A DNA stretch of 63,770 nucleotides, counting the filler. It is 6 parts of 6 records of this genome, joined end to end, with 100 filler letters (N's around TTAATTAATTAA, not from the genome) between each part and the next. Parts side by side here need not be neighbours in the genome. Positions count along the whole stretch, not along the records: positions 39,874 to 52,116 come from SRR20825010_4933; 5 more parts are not named here. One strand, 5' to 3'. The stretch's first letter is position 1, and every line of letters starts with the position of its first letter. Under the pieces are notes generated by a model. It saw only the letters and a list, made by a program, of their open reading frames with translations, searched no databases and was not told the DNA's origin. The translations under genes were made by a program, and so were the position numbers. Positions 39,938-49,811 of this stretch are shown here, one piece after another.

Positions 39938-41149
39938 CTATCCTAAAACTTCTTGAACTTTAGCTGCCGCATCTTTCAAAAGAATGGCAGAATGAACCGC
40001 TAAACCACTTTCATCAATGATTTTAGCGCCTTCTTCAGCATTAGTTCCTTGTAATCGAACAATGATTGGAATACTGATATTCCCAATTTTCTTGTATGCT
40101 TCTACGACACCGTTAGCAACTCTGTCGCATCGAACAATACCACCGAAAATGTTAATTAAAATTGCTTTAACATTAGGGTCTTGAAGAATTATTCTGAAAC
40201 CTGCTTCTACCGTTTCTGCATTTGCTGATCCTCCCACGTCTAAAAAGTTTGCAGGTTCTCCGCCTGAAAGCTTAATAATATCCATGGTGGCCATGGCTAA
40301 ACCAGCACCGTTCACCATACAGCCAACGTTACCATCTAGTTTAACATAGCTCAAGCCAAATTTACCAGCTTCTACTTCTGCCGGATCTTCTTCTGTAATA
40401 TCTCTTAGTGCCAATAGGTCAGCATGACGCATTAACGCATTGTCATCCAAGTTTACTTTTGCATCTACGGCAAGTATTTTATTGTCCGAAGTTTTTAATA
40501 CTGGATTGATTTCGAACATGGATGAGTCTGAGCTCTCATATGCTTTGTATAAAGAGAAAATGAATTTAACCATTTCCTTGAATGCATTACCTTCTAAGCC
40601 TAGTTTGAAAGCGACCTTTCTAGCTTGAAAACCTTGAAGTCCAACTTTTGGGTCGATCCATTCTTTGATGATTTTCTCTGGACTATTTTCAGCAACTTCT
40701 TCAATATCCATTCCACCTTCGGTAGATGCCATGATTACATTGCAGCCTTTTGCTCTATCTAATAAGATGCCCATATAGTACTCCTTTGGTTCAGAGTCTC
40801 CTGGGTAATATACGTCTTGAGCGATAAGTACTTTGTTAACCTTCTTTCCTGAGGGCCCTGTTTGATGAGTAACAAGAGTTCCTCCTAAGATGGCATCTGC
40901 TATGGTAGGTACTGTATCTAAACTTTTGGCCAAAACTACTCCGCGAGATCCCGTTTCGTTTACTGTACCTTTTCCACGACCACCAGCATGGATTTGAGCT
41001 TTTATAACATACCAAGATGTTCCTGTTTCAGCATTCAGTTTTTTTGCTGCTGCTAAAGCTTCATCAGCTGTTGACGCAACAATGCCTTCCTGAATTTTTA
41101 CTCCATGTTTTTTTAGTAGTTCTTTTGCTTGATATTCGTGGATATTCAT
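39938..41149 (-). CDS. sucC: Succinate--CoA ligase beta subunit
   Basis: MNIHEYQAKE, KAQIHAGGRGK, GCMVNGAGLAMATMD, NIFGGIVRCD. Confidence 0.97.
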   Translation of the reverse strand: MNIHEYQAKELLKKHGVKIQEGIVASTADEALAAAKKLNAETGTSWYVIKAQIHAGGRGKGTVNETGSRGVVLAKSLDTVPTIADAILGGTLVTHQTGPSGKKVNKVLIAQDVYYPGDSEPKEYYMGILLDRAKGCNVIMASTEGGMDIEEVAENSPEKIIKEWIDPKVGLQGFQARKVAFKLGLEGNAFKEMVKFIFSLYKAYESSDSSMFEINPVLKTSDNKILAVDAKVNLDDNALMRHADLLALRDITEEDPAEVEAGKFGLSYVKLDGNVGCMVNGAGLAMATMDIIKLSGGEPANFLDVGGSANAETVEAGFRIILQDPNVKAILINIFGGIVRCDRVANGVVEAYKKIGNISIPIIVRLQGTNAEEGAKIIDESGLAVHSAILLKDAAAKVQEVLG

Positions 41150-41250
41150 GTGTCAAAATTTTTGCACGAAACTACACCTTTGACCTTAATATAACAAGGA
41201 AAATAGAAGGCGTTCTTTTCAGTTGTACATGATCATTCATATGATTTTAC

Positions 41251-41258
41251 TATGTTTG
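41251..41258 (+). promoter_or_regulatory. Bacteroidetes -7 promoter element
   Basis: TATGTTTG fits TAnnTTTG, 15 nt before the ATG. Confidence 0.5.
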
Positions 41259-41273
41259 GTTCGATAAGTAGCT

Positions 41274-41936
41274 ATGGAGATTTTAAAGGCAGAAAGTGTA
41301 AGGAAGTCATATGGTGATTTAGAAGTGCTCAAAGGCATTCATCTGACTGTTCAAAAAGGGGAGGTGCTGTCCATTGTGGGGGAATCTGGAGCAGGAAAGA
41401 GTACGTTGCTTCATATTTTAGGGACATTGGATTTGGCAGATACTGGTGGTGTAATGATCAATGGTAGATCGGTTGAAGAAATGAACCCTAAGCAATTGGC
41501 TCATTTTAGAAATCAGGAGATTGGCTTCATTTTCCAGTTCCATAATCTTTTGCCCGAATTTACGGCATTGGAAAATGTGTGTCTACCAGGACTAATTTCT
41601 AATTCAAACGAGAAGGAAGTATTTAAAAAAGGGGAAAGGCTTTTAAATAAACTAGGGCTTTTGTCTAGAATGGATCATAAACCTTCTGAACTCTCTGGTG
41701 GAGAGCAGCAAAGGGTGGCTGTGGCACGATCACTTATAAATGATCCGAGCCTTGTTTTTGCTGACGAACCAAGTGGTAACTTGGATTCTAAAACAGCGGA
41801 AGACTTACATCGCTTGTTTTTTGACCTGCGAGATGAACTCAATCAAACCTTTGTGATCGTAACGCACAACCAATCACTGGCCGCTATGACTGATCGTAAG
41901 ATTGAAATCAGAGATGGGGTGATCGTTCGTGAATAG
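41274..41936 (+). CDS. lolD: LolD-like ABC ATPase
   Basis: [38 protein letters not shown]. Confidence 0.85.
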   Translation: MEILKAESVRKSYGDLEVLKGIHLTVQKGEVLSIVGESGAGKSTLLHILGTLDLADTGGVMINGRSVEEMNPKQLAHFRNQEIGFIFQFHNLLPEFTALENVCLPGLISNSNEKEVFKKGERLLNKLGLLSRMDHKPSELSGGEQQRVAVARSLINDPSLVFADEPSGNLDSKTAEDLHRLFFDLRDELNQTFVIVTHNQSLAAMTDRKIEIRDGVIVRE

Positions 41937-41940
41937 GTAC

Positions 41941-42795
41941 TTATCTAGTTTTCTTAACCACTCTACAACGAATAGAAGATTTTCCGTATAAGGACTTTGG
42001 TAAATAATAGCCAAATCTGAAACCAAACCTGAGATAGGCATCGTTAGTCCCCATTCCACGCGCATCGCCAGCTGCAGCTGGGGTTAAACCAAGTTCTATA
42101 CGTCTATCGGATAGTTGTGCTGCCACAGGATCTGCAAATGAAGAAGGGTCTCTGTAATTTGCACTAACATCATCCAAATATTTGGTGAGTGCTGCGGTGT
42201 ATTGCAGTTCAACTTGAAGGTCAATATTTCTATTGATGAATATATTTACACCCATACCCACTGGAACTATAAGGGCTAATGTTCCATACTCAATTCCTTC
42301 TAGTCTCATTGGGCGTAATTCATAGTCCGTTCCAGCCAAGGTAGCTTTAGGTTTGTTTGTGGTAATTCCTAAACCCAAATGAAAATAAGGATTAGCAAAA
42401 GCTCTGTCTTTATAGCCTGAATATGGATGGCGGAAAACATAATATAATGCCTGAGCTGTAAACTCAATATTTGTGGCTTTAAACGATAAGTTCCGTTGCA
42501 CTCTTGCCGTTTCAACGGAAAGAGAATCGGCACCTTTAATAGAATAGACAGATAATCCTCCTCTTAAAGCTATGTTGTCAGTGAAAAGGTGTTCGTAAGT
42601 CAACGTAGTGCTCAACCCTATTTGAACTTTAGTGTCTGTTGAGAAAGCGCTTAACTCTCCGAAATAGGTGTTTAGACCAAAACCAAAAGTGGCTTTTGAA
42701 ATTCTATCAAAATCACCCGTGGTGGTGTATTGTTGACCCATAATACTCTTCGAAACAATAACAAAAAGCAATAACAAAAAGCGTGATTTAGTCAT
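41941..42795 (-). CDS. Outer-membrane beta-barrel protein (DUF6089-like)
   Basis: Signal peptide, YFGEL, YLDDVS, RG...NDAY. Confidence 0.7.
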   Translation of the reverse strand: MTKSRFLLLLFVIVSKSIMGQQYTTTGDFDRISKATFGFGLNTYFGELSAFSTDTKVQIGLSTTLTYEHLFTDNIALRGGLSVYSIKGADSLSVETARVQRNLSFKATNIEFTAQALYYVFRHPYSGYKDRAFANPYFHLGLGITTNKPKATLAGTDYELRPMRLEGIEYGTLALIVPVGMGVNIFINRNIDLQVELQYTAALTKYLDDVSANYRDPSSFADPVAAQLSDRRIELGLTPAAAGDARGMGTNDAYLRFGFRFGYYLPKSLYGKSSIRCRVVKKTR

Positions 42796-42855
42796 TCGTT
42801 GAAAATTTGATTGAGGCTTACAGCCATAAAGATATAATTCAAACGCAAAAAAAAG

Positions 42856-43314
42856 CTATGTATTGGTAGATTTCATCTTTTTGAGCATAATCTCAATGTG
42901 TTTTTTTGCCCCAAACATGTCTTGATACTCAGCTACTATATTATGTTTAGGGTCTAAAAGGTAGGTGATCCTCTTTGGTACCTTGATTAATGGAATGAGC
43001 GCATCATAAGATTTACAAACCTTCCCAGTAGGGTCTGAAAGTAGCTCAAATGGGAGATTGTGTTCTTTTTTGAATTTCTGGTGACTAGAAATGCTGTCCT
43101 TACTTACTCCAATAACTGTTACGTTCAAGTCTCTAAAGTCAGAGAAGGCATTACGAAATGTACAGGCCTCTTCTGTACAACCAGGAGTGAAATCTTTTGG
43201 GTAGAAATAAATAATGCAAGGTTTGCCTTTGAGGCTTAGGCTTAGATCAAATATTTGTCCCGAAGTACTTTTTAATTTTATTTCTGGTGCTTTTGAACCA
43301 ATTTTTAATGCCAT
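42856..43314 (-). CDS. bcp: Peroxiredoxin Bcp/PrxQ
   Basis: YFYPKDFTPGCTEEAC.FR. Confidence 0.9.
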   Translation of the reverse strand: MALKIGSKAPEIKLKSTSGQIFDLSLSLKGKPCIIYFYPKDFTPGCTEEACTFRNAFSDFRDLNVTVIGVSKDSISSHQKFKKEHNLPFELLSDPTGKVCKSYDALIPLIKVPKRITYLLDPKHNIVAEYQDMFGAKKHIEIMLKKMKSTNT

Positions 43315-43365
43315 GCTTTATGTTTGTTAATTAGTTTTTTGGATGGGAATATCAAAACTTCGGAC

Positions 43366-44214
43366 ATGATTTCAAAAGGGGTAAAATACATGCTCTTGTC
43401 AACATTCATTTTCGCAGTAATGAATGTGCTCATTAAGTACGTGCCAAATATACCTGCAATTGAGATCATTTTATTTCGCTCAATTGTTTCGTTTTTAATG
43501 TCGGGTATTGCCCTAAAAGCCCAAAAGATTCCTCTTTTTGGGACAAATAAAAAGGTATTACTGTTCAGAGGCCTTGCAGGAGCACTCGCGCTAATGATGT
43601 TTTTTACCACGCTACAAAAAATGCCTTTGGCAAGTGCTGTTACACTAATGTTTTTAGGGCCAATTTTTACAGCTATTCTAGGGATATGGATTGTGAAGGA
43701 AAAAGTGGCTTGGCTACAATGGCTTTTCTTTGGGCTTTCTTTCGGTGGTATTTTAATGATCAAGGGTTTCGATGCACGGGTTTCCCCAGAGATGGCCTTG
43801 CTTGGAGTAGGAGCGGCCTTCTTTTCAGGAATTGCCTATAATATGATTCGGAAATTGAAAACCTCAGAACATCCATTGGTGATCATATTTTACTTTCCAC
43901 TGGTCACACTGCCCATCGTTGGGATTTACTCCGCATTTCACTGGGTTTGGCCAGAGGGTATTGAATGGGTGGTGCTTTTGGCTATTGGTGTTCTGACTCA
44001 AATAGCTCAGTATTTCATGACCAAATCTTATCAGTCTGAAGAACTTTCTAAAGTGGCAAACCTTAACTTTATCGGGATTATTTACGCATTGGGTTTTGGT
44101 TACGTTTTGTTCGAAGAAACTTTTAACCTTCTGACCTATTTGGGAATGACTTTAGTTATGGTAGGTGTAGTTTTGAATGTTGTGTATAAGCAAAGAAAGC
44201 GAAAAACTGTATGA
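43366..44214 (+). CDS. DMT/EamA transporter
   Basis: About 10 TM helices in two EamA repeats. Confidence 0.88.
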   Translation: MISKGVKYMLLSTFIFAVMNVLIKYVPNIPAIEIILFRSIVSFLMSGIALKAQKIPLFGTNKKVLLFRGLAGALALMMFFTTLQKMPLASAVTLMFLGPIFTAILGIWIVKEKVAWLQWLFFGLSFGGILMIKGFDARVSPEMALLGVGAAFFSGIAYNMIRKLKTSEHPLVIIFYFPLVTLPIVGIYSAFHWVWPEGIEWVVLLAIGVLTQIAQYFMTKSYQSEELSKVANLNFIGIIYALGFGYVLFEETFNLLTYLGMTLVMVGVVLNVVYKQRKRKTV

Positions 44215-45020
44215 AGATATATCAAATAGATTCTTTTACTAAAGAGATTTTTAAAGGCAATCCGGCTGCTGTTGCCATTATGGATGGGCCGCTTTCTAGT
44301 GAAATGATGCAGAAGATAGCCGTGGAAATGAATTTATCTGAGACGGCTTTCGTGAGGATTAATGACGGCTATTGCGATTTGAGGTGGTTTACTCCTGCTA
44401 CTGAAGTTCCATTGTGCGGTCATGCAACTTTAGCTTCGGCCTTTGCGCTTTGGCAAGGTAGTCATTGGCCAAAACACAAAACTATTGAGTTTAGGACTCT
44501 AAGTGGCTCATTGTTTACTTCCCTAGATGCAAGTGGTTTGATCACGATGGATTTTCCTGCAAACTGTGCTACAGCTGCAGAAGACTTTGATAAAACAGAA
44601 TTGGAAAGTGCATTTGGGTTCCCTATTAAGGAAGTACTAAACTACCCAGCGGAATTGATTTTAATTTTTGAATCGGAAGAAGCAGTACTTTCTGCTTATC
44701 CTGATGATACCATTATTGCAAAGGAAGCGGAAAACGGTGTGATTATTTCCGCTTTGTCAAAAGGGGAGGAATATGATTTCGTCAGCCGTTACTTTGCTCC
44801 AAATTTAGGCATCAAGGAAGATCCAGTTACTGGTTTTATGCATACCATTCTAACGCCTTACTGGGCAGGTAAAACAGGGAAAATCACTTTCAAAGCCTTT
44901 CAAGCTTCGGCTAGAACGGGCGAAATGCAAACAGAACTTAAAGGAAACCGCGTAATTCTGAAGGGAAATGCAGTAATGGTTTTTGAAACTGACTTTAAAT
45001 TACCTTCTACCTCACGTTAA
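44211..45020 (+). CDS. PhzF-family isomerase
   Basis: FKGNPAAV, NLSETAF, EVPLCGHATLA, EDPVTG. Confidence 0.92.
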   Translation: MKIYQIDSFTKEIFKGNPAAVAIMDGPLSSEMMQKIAVEMNLSETAFVRINDGYCDLRWFTPATEVPLCGHATLASAFALWQGSHWPKHKTIEFRTLSGSLFTSLDASGLITMDFPANCATAAEDFDKTELESAFGFPIKEVLNYPAELILIFESEEAVLSAYPDDTIIAKEAENGVIISALSKGEEYDFVSRYFAPNLGIKEDPVTGFMHTILTPYWAGKTGKITFKAFQASARTGEMQTELKGNRVILKGNAVMVFETDFKLPSTSR

Positions 45021-45924
45021 AAGTAGTTCTGCCAATTTCATAAGTATCCGAAAGGATTACAATTTTGTATTCACCTTGGTCAAACTCTGAACCTTTGTCA
45101 TAAACGAAAGTCATCTCTTGCTTAGAGTTATCGAAGAGAATCTCTTGACGAGCAGTAAATGTTTGTTCACGTCCATCTACAGTGAAAGATCCTGAGCCTC
45201 TAGCGATATCAAAAACTATATTGCCAGCAGGGTCAATCAACTGAATCATGATTTTATGACCTGCAACTGGCGCTACAGGGTTATCAGCTAGGTTGAAGGT
45301 TACCTTAATCTTCTCTGCCTGACGAGCTCTAAAATCACCTTCACGTTCTTTGTCTCGGGAGTTGATGTTAAAGAATTTCACGTTCTCTGCCTTAAGTTTT
45401 GCCGCCAAAGAAATCTGCTGCTTTAACTCTTGCTGAGTTTCTGTGGCTTTACGAATCGTGCTGTTTAATTCATTCTTTTCGGTTTTCAAATCAATGTTCT
45501 CTTCTACCAATTTGACGTTGATCACTTTCAAGGCTGCAATTTCGTCATCTTTGGCCAAAAGCAATTCCTCATAGCCACCCACTTTTCTGTCCAATCGTTG
45601 AATAATGGCTTTATTGGCGACTCTAGTCCTTTGTAATTGATCGCGTTGTGCTGTGATTGAATCCTTCAAGGTTACCAATGAGTCTATGTTTCCACCCAAC
45701 TTGGCTATTTCAGAAATACGGTTACTAAGTTGGCCACTAATGCTGTCCAATTTGGTAGTAAGTGTAATTTTGGTCGCGTCAAATTCGGCCTGAAGCGCAT
45801 TGGTACTTTCATTATCAGAATATATTTTGAATCCAGCGCCAGCAACAATAATGATGATGGCTACAATCAATATGATTCTAATTTTATCTTGGCTTCCGCC
45901 TTTCTTCTTTGCTACTTCACTCAT
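45007..45924 (-). CDS. Membrane-anchored coiled-coil protein
   Basis: N-terminal TM, long heptad region, beta-rich C-terminus. Confidence 0.7.
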   Translation of the reverse strand: MSEVAKKKGGSQDKIRIILIVAIIIIVAGAGFKIYSDNESTNALQAEFDATKITLTTKLDSISGQLSNRISEIAKLGGNIDSLVTLKDSITAQRDQLQRTRVANKAIIQRLDRKVGGYEELLLAKDDEIAALKVINVKLVEENIDLKTEKNELNSTIRKATETQQELKQQISLAAKLKAENVKFFNINSRDKEREGDFRARQAEKIKVTFNLADNPVAPVAGHKIMIQLIDPAGNIVFDIARGSGSFTVDGREQTFTARQEILFDNSKQEMTFVYDKGSEFDQGEYKIVILSDTYEIGRTTFNVR

Positions 45925-46029
45925 TCTGCTGAACCTCTGGTAAATAAATTTTAAACGCCTTTACGGTTAAATATTGGGCGAATTACTTAAATCTTTTTTA
46001 AATATGCCAACCCATTGAAAACGACTAGT

Positions 46030-46617
46030 ATGATTGAATCTTTAAACGAGAATTATTGGACACAAAGGTATGAGAATAATCAGACTGGTTGGGATATAGG
46101 CCATGTTTCTACACCAATCAAAGATTATATCGATCAGCTTAGCAATAAGCAGACAAAGATTCTAATTCCTGGGGCAGGAAACGCCTATGAAGCAGAATAC
46201 TTATGGAAGCAAGGTTTTAATAATATTTGGGTAATTGATCTTTCAAAAGCACCTTTGGACAATCTTCAATCTAGAATTCCTGATTTCCCAGCTTCACAAT
46301 TAATGCATGGTGACTTCTTCGAGCATCAAGCTCAGTATGATTTGATTATTGAACAGACTTTCTTTTGCGCCCTCAATCCCGCAATGCGGAAGGAATATGT
46401 GGCCAAAATGCATGAGCTTTTAGTGTATGATGGTAAACTAGTAGGTCTTATGTTTAAGATACCGCTGAATACAACACACCCTCCTTTTGGTGGAAATGAA
46501 GAGGAATATAGACCGTTCTTTTCCCCTTATTTCAGGATTGAAATCATGGAAGAAGCCTATAACTCTATTCCTCCCAGAAGCGGAAATGAGCTTTTTGTGA
46601 AGATGATAAAGACCTGA
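46030..46617 (+). CDS. TPMT-like SAM methyltransferase
   Basis: YW..RY....TGWDIG, ILIPGAGNAYE, EQTFFCAL, PPFGG. Confidence 0.9.
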   Translation: MIESLNENYWTQRYENNQTGWDIGHVSTPIKDYIDQLSNKQTKILIPGAGNAYEAEYLWKQGFNNIWVIDLSKAPLDNLQSRIPDFPASQLMHGDFFEHQAQYDLIIEQTFFCALNPAMRKEYVAKMHELLVYDGKLVGLMFKIPLNTTHPPFGGNEEEYRPFFSPYFRIEIMEEAYNSIPPRSGNELFVKMIKT

Positions 46618-46619
46618 TT

Positions 46620-47723
46620 CTAAAAGTTGATCTTGTACCGAATAATTGACGGGTTTTCTTCTTCTCCTGTGTCAGAAACTGATCTCGATTCTAAAGTATT
46701 TATGCTGTAGAAAAAACCGTCCTGAGCAAATTGAGCTGGCCCAAAACCATACTTTTCTTTGAAACGATTCATTTCTAGACTAATACTATTACCTGCACTT
46801 TTATTAAAAATAGCCCATACAAATTCTATCGTGTTAGGGTCGGTTTTTGAGTTACGTTCCCATGAAAAGGTGAGTAGATCATTACTCTCAAATAAGTTGC
46901 CTTGCACAATATAATAGTCACCAGTCATTAATGCTTGACGGAAATCCATTGGAGATTTTCCTTTGATGCTTGATGGAATATTATGTCCATTGAAGTCGAT
47001 GGAATAAATGGGTTTAATTTCCTTTTCTGTTACCGTGTATATACTATCGTGCATGGATTGCATATAAAGCAGGCGCTTATTTGAAAATGTTAAACTGTTG
47101 AAGATTTTTACATAATCCGTTGAGCCATATTCCAGTACTCCACTTAGCAATGTACTGTCATTACCTTTGTTTGCAATTTGTAAAAGTTCTTTCCTGTCAG
47201 TGGGATCGTTTTCTCTACCATCCATGTGAAAAACAAACCTGTCTTTGTTCAGTGAAGCAAAGTCCGAAATCTGTCCATTGACTTTATGTTGGTTTTTGAA
47301 GTTTCCGTCTAAATCATAGTTGAGCATTCTTCGTTGGCGAACATCCAAAATGTTGATTTCATCCGTAGTTCTATTGATGTTAAAATCAAAGGGGAGGTAG
47401 AACTGTCCTTCGGCTTCACCAATGGAATGAATGCGTCTAAGGATTTCCCCTTCTAAATTAAAAATGTACAGAGATTTAGTGACTCTAATATCAAGCACAT
47501 AAACTTTCTCTTTATGAATGATGATTTTATCAATCGGCCCGAGAGTGGAACTGTCCGTTAATTCTAACTTGATTTCAGTTCTATCAGTGATCAAACCGTT
47601 CTCAATGTCTTTGGTGACTTTATCGATAGAAATAACTTGTATAGCCTCATCAGATTTAACTTTTCCATTTGTGGAGCAAGCAAAAAATGATAGAAAAAGA
47701 ATGAATAAAAGGAGGTGTTTCAT
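46620..47723 (-). CDS. 6-bladed beta-propeller lipoprotein
   Basis: Lipobox FFAC; LELTDSSTLG.I, IGEAEGQF. Confidence 0.72.
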   Translation of the reverse strand: MKHLLLFILFLSFFACSTNGKVKSDEAIQVISIDKVTKDIENGLITDRTEIKLELTDSSTLGPIDKIIIHKEKVYVLDIRVTKSLYIFNLEGEILRRIHSIGEAEGQFYLPFDFNINRTTDEINILDVRQRRMLNYDLDGNFKNQHKVNGQISDFASLNKDRFVFHMDGRENDPTDRKELLQIANKGNDSTLLSGVLEYGSTDYVKIFNSLTFSNKRLLYMQSMHDSIYTVTEKEIKPIYSIDFNGHNIPSSIKGKSPMDFRQALMTGDYYIVQGNLFESNDLLTFSWERNSKTDPNTIEFVWAIFNKSAGNSISLEMNRFKEKYGFGPAQFAQDGFFYSINTLESRSVSDTGEEENPSIIRYKINF

Positions 47724-47789
47724 GAAGTCAGAATTCGAAATGATTCATGAATGTACATAATGCAATTTTATAAACTATCTTTTTAGTCG

Positions 47790-48563
47790 CTAGAATTCTA
47801 GGATATAATTCTCTTTCATTAAATCAGGTTGAAGAAATAGAATACCGGCTTCGAATAGGTCGATGGAAAGCGAAACTTTAGGATGTTTTTTGAGCACTTC
47901 CCAAGCATTGTTCATTTCTTTGGACCAGTGAATATCATCTAGAATGATCATGCCCGATATAGTCATTTTAGGCAAGAGTAGTTCAAAGTATCGAAGTGTA
48001 GGTTCGTACCTGTGGTTGGCATCAATGTAGGCCAAATCAATTTGTGGCGCATTTTCAATCCATTGGGCCAGAGTGGTGTCAATATTTCCTTCAATCAATT
48101 GATAATTGGCGCAGTTGAGTTTCTCTAAATTTTGCTTGGCCAGTGTAGCAATGGAGTTACTTCCTTCAAAAGTAAAAAGCTGAATATCTTCTTTTGCAGA
48201 AGCCATATAGGCGGCATTCAATCCTAGCGAAGTACCTAATTCTACAATGTTTTTATAATCGAAATAAGTGATGATTCGATTGAGTAATCTTGAAAATCGA
48301 GCAGGGGTAGAGGCGTGTTTGGTGATCTGACTTACTTTACGCGTATTGGAATTATTGACCCGAGAACCTGCACCCAAATCTTCTATTAAAACTTCTTCTT
48401 CGTTTTGAAGCAGGCTTTTTCTTAAGGTTTCGATGGGTTCAAAGCCTATTTTACTGTCTTTTTTAACAACTTCAGTATAGAAAGGGTAGAGGAATGGCGA
48501 GTGCAACGAATGTTCGTTCATGGCCAAAAGCCAGTACTTTATATAAGCCAGAATTTGGTACAA
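47790..48563 (-). CDS. Class I SAM O-methyltransferase
   Basis: HSLHSPF, ELGTSLG, IDANH, LDDIHWS. Confidence 0.88.
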   Translation of the reverse strand: MYQILAYIKYWLLAMNEHSLHSPFLYPFYTEVVKKDSKIGFEPIETLRKSLLQNEEEVLIEDLGAGSRVNNSNTRKVSQITKHASTPARFSRLLNRIITYFDYKNIVELGTSLGLNAAYMASAKEDIQLFTFEGSNSIATLAKQNLEKLNCANYQLIEGNIDTTLAQWIENAPQIDLAYIDANHRYEPTLRYFELLLPKMTISGMIILDDIHWSKEMNNAWEVLKKHPKVSLSIDLFEAGILFLQPDLMKENYILEF

Positions 48564-48568
48564 GGGGA

Positions 48569-48958
48569 TTAATTAAGGAGATAGGGAACAATCATGGTGA
48601 ACTCAGGAATGATGACTTCAAACTGTTTTCCGTCCATCACCCTTTCCATCAAATAGATGCCACGCATTTTGCCAATACCGCTTCTCAGGTTGCAACCAGA
48701 CACATATTGATGCTTTTCGCCCGGTTCTAAAACAGGCTGTTGACCTACAACACCTTCACCTTCTACCTCACGCATTTCGTTATTGGAATCGAAAATTTGC
48801 CAATGTCTGCGGTGTAGCTTAATTGTGTTTTCACCATCGTTTTCAATCGTAATGCGGTAGGTAAACACAAAGTGGTTTTGTGCCGGACTGGAATATTCCG
48901 GTTGATAGTGGGTTTCCACACTTACTTTTACACCTTCTGTTATTGCTGTTACAATCAT
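48569..48958 (-). CDS. apaG: ApaG protein
   Basis: FTYRITIEN, RHWQI, VEGEGVVGQQPVL.PG, G.MRG.Y. Confidence 0.95.
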   Translation of the reverse strand: MIVTAITEGVKVSVETHYQPEYSSPAQNHFVFTYRITIENDGENTIKLHRRHWQIFDSNNEMREVEGEGVVGQQPVLEPGEKHQYVSGCNLRSGIGKMRGIYLMERVMDGKQFEVIIPEFTMIVPYLLN

Positions 48959-49030
48959 TTTTGGCTTTCGCTTCAGAGTTTTAAAGATATAGATTACTTT
49001 TAAAATTACTAATGAGAAAACGAAAATTCG

Positions 49031-49693
49031 ATGAATGTTAAGATTGAGGAGAGCTGGAGGGAAGTTTTAAAAGAGGAGTTTGAGAAGGAGTATTTCAAAG
49101 GCCTGACGGATTTTGTGAAGGAAGAATATAAAACTCAAACCATTTTTCCGGCAGGGAATAACATTTTCAGGGCTTTCGATCAATGTGCTTTTGACGATGT
49201 GAAAGTGGTGATTCTTGGTCAAGACCCATACCACGGCCCTGGACAAGCCAACGGGCTGTGCTTTTCAGTAAAAGAAGGAATGCCTTTCCCGCCTTCTTTG
49301 GTTAATATTTTTAAAGAAATTAAAGACGACCTAGGTAAAGACATTCCACCAAATGGTTCGCTCGATCGTTGGGCACAACAAGGCGTTTTACTGCTCAACG
49401 CAACCTTAACCGTTCGAGCGCATCAGGCAGGTTCACATCAAAATAAAGGCTGGGAAGAGTTTACGAATGCAGTTATTCATCAACTGGCTTCTCGAAAACA
49501 GGGGATAGTGTATCTGCTTTGGGGCAGCTATGCCCAGAAGAAAGCCTCCTTTGTTGACGACAAATCAAACTTAATTTTAAAAGCGCCACACCCTTCACCA
49601 TTGTCTTCTTACAGAGGTTTCTTTGGCTGCAAGCACTTTAGCAAGGCCAATGCTTATTTGGAAGAAAAAGGAGGTGATGGGATTGAGTGGTGA
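49031..49693 (+). CDS. ung: Uracil-DNA glycosylase
   Basis: GQDPYH, PPSL, LLLN, HPSPLS. Confidence 0.97.
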   Translation: MNVKIEESWREVLKEEFEKEYFKGLTDFVKEEYKTQTIFPAGNNIFRAFDQCAFDDVKVVILGQDPYHGPGQANGLCFSVKEGMPFPPSLVNIFKEIKDDLGKDIPPNGSLDRWAQQGVLLLNATLTVRAHQAGSHQNKGWEEFTNAVIHQLASRKQGIVYLLWGSYAQKKASFVDDKSNLILKAPHPSPLSSYRGFFGCKHFSKANAYLEEKGGDGIEW

Positions 49694-49697
49694 TGAT

Positions 49698-49734
49698 TGA
49701 ACCCTTGGAGTGTTCAAAACCCGCCAAGGGTTCA
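49698..49734. repeat. REP-like palindrome, copy 1
   Basis: TGAACCCTTGGAGTGTTCAAAACCCGCCAAGGGTTCA. Confidence 0.65.
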
Positions 49735-49811
49735 GTTACTATTTGTCCTTAAACTTGATCTACTACAGACTTCCATTTTTAGGATGGGTGTAAGGCCTTA
49801 AAATCAAAAGC

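Noticed and set aside
44211-45020. Phenazine biosynthesis cluster
   Set aside because: Lone PhzF-like gene with no other phz genes; such homologues are widespread.
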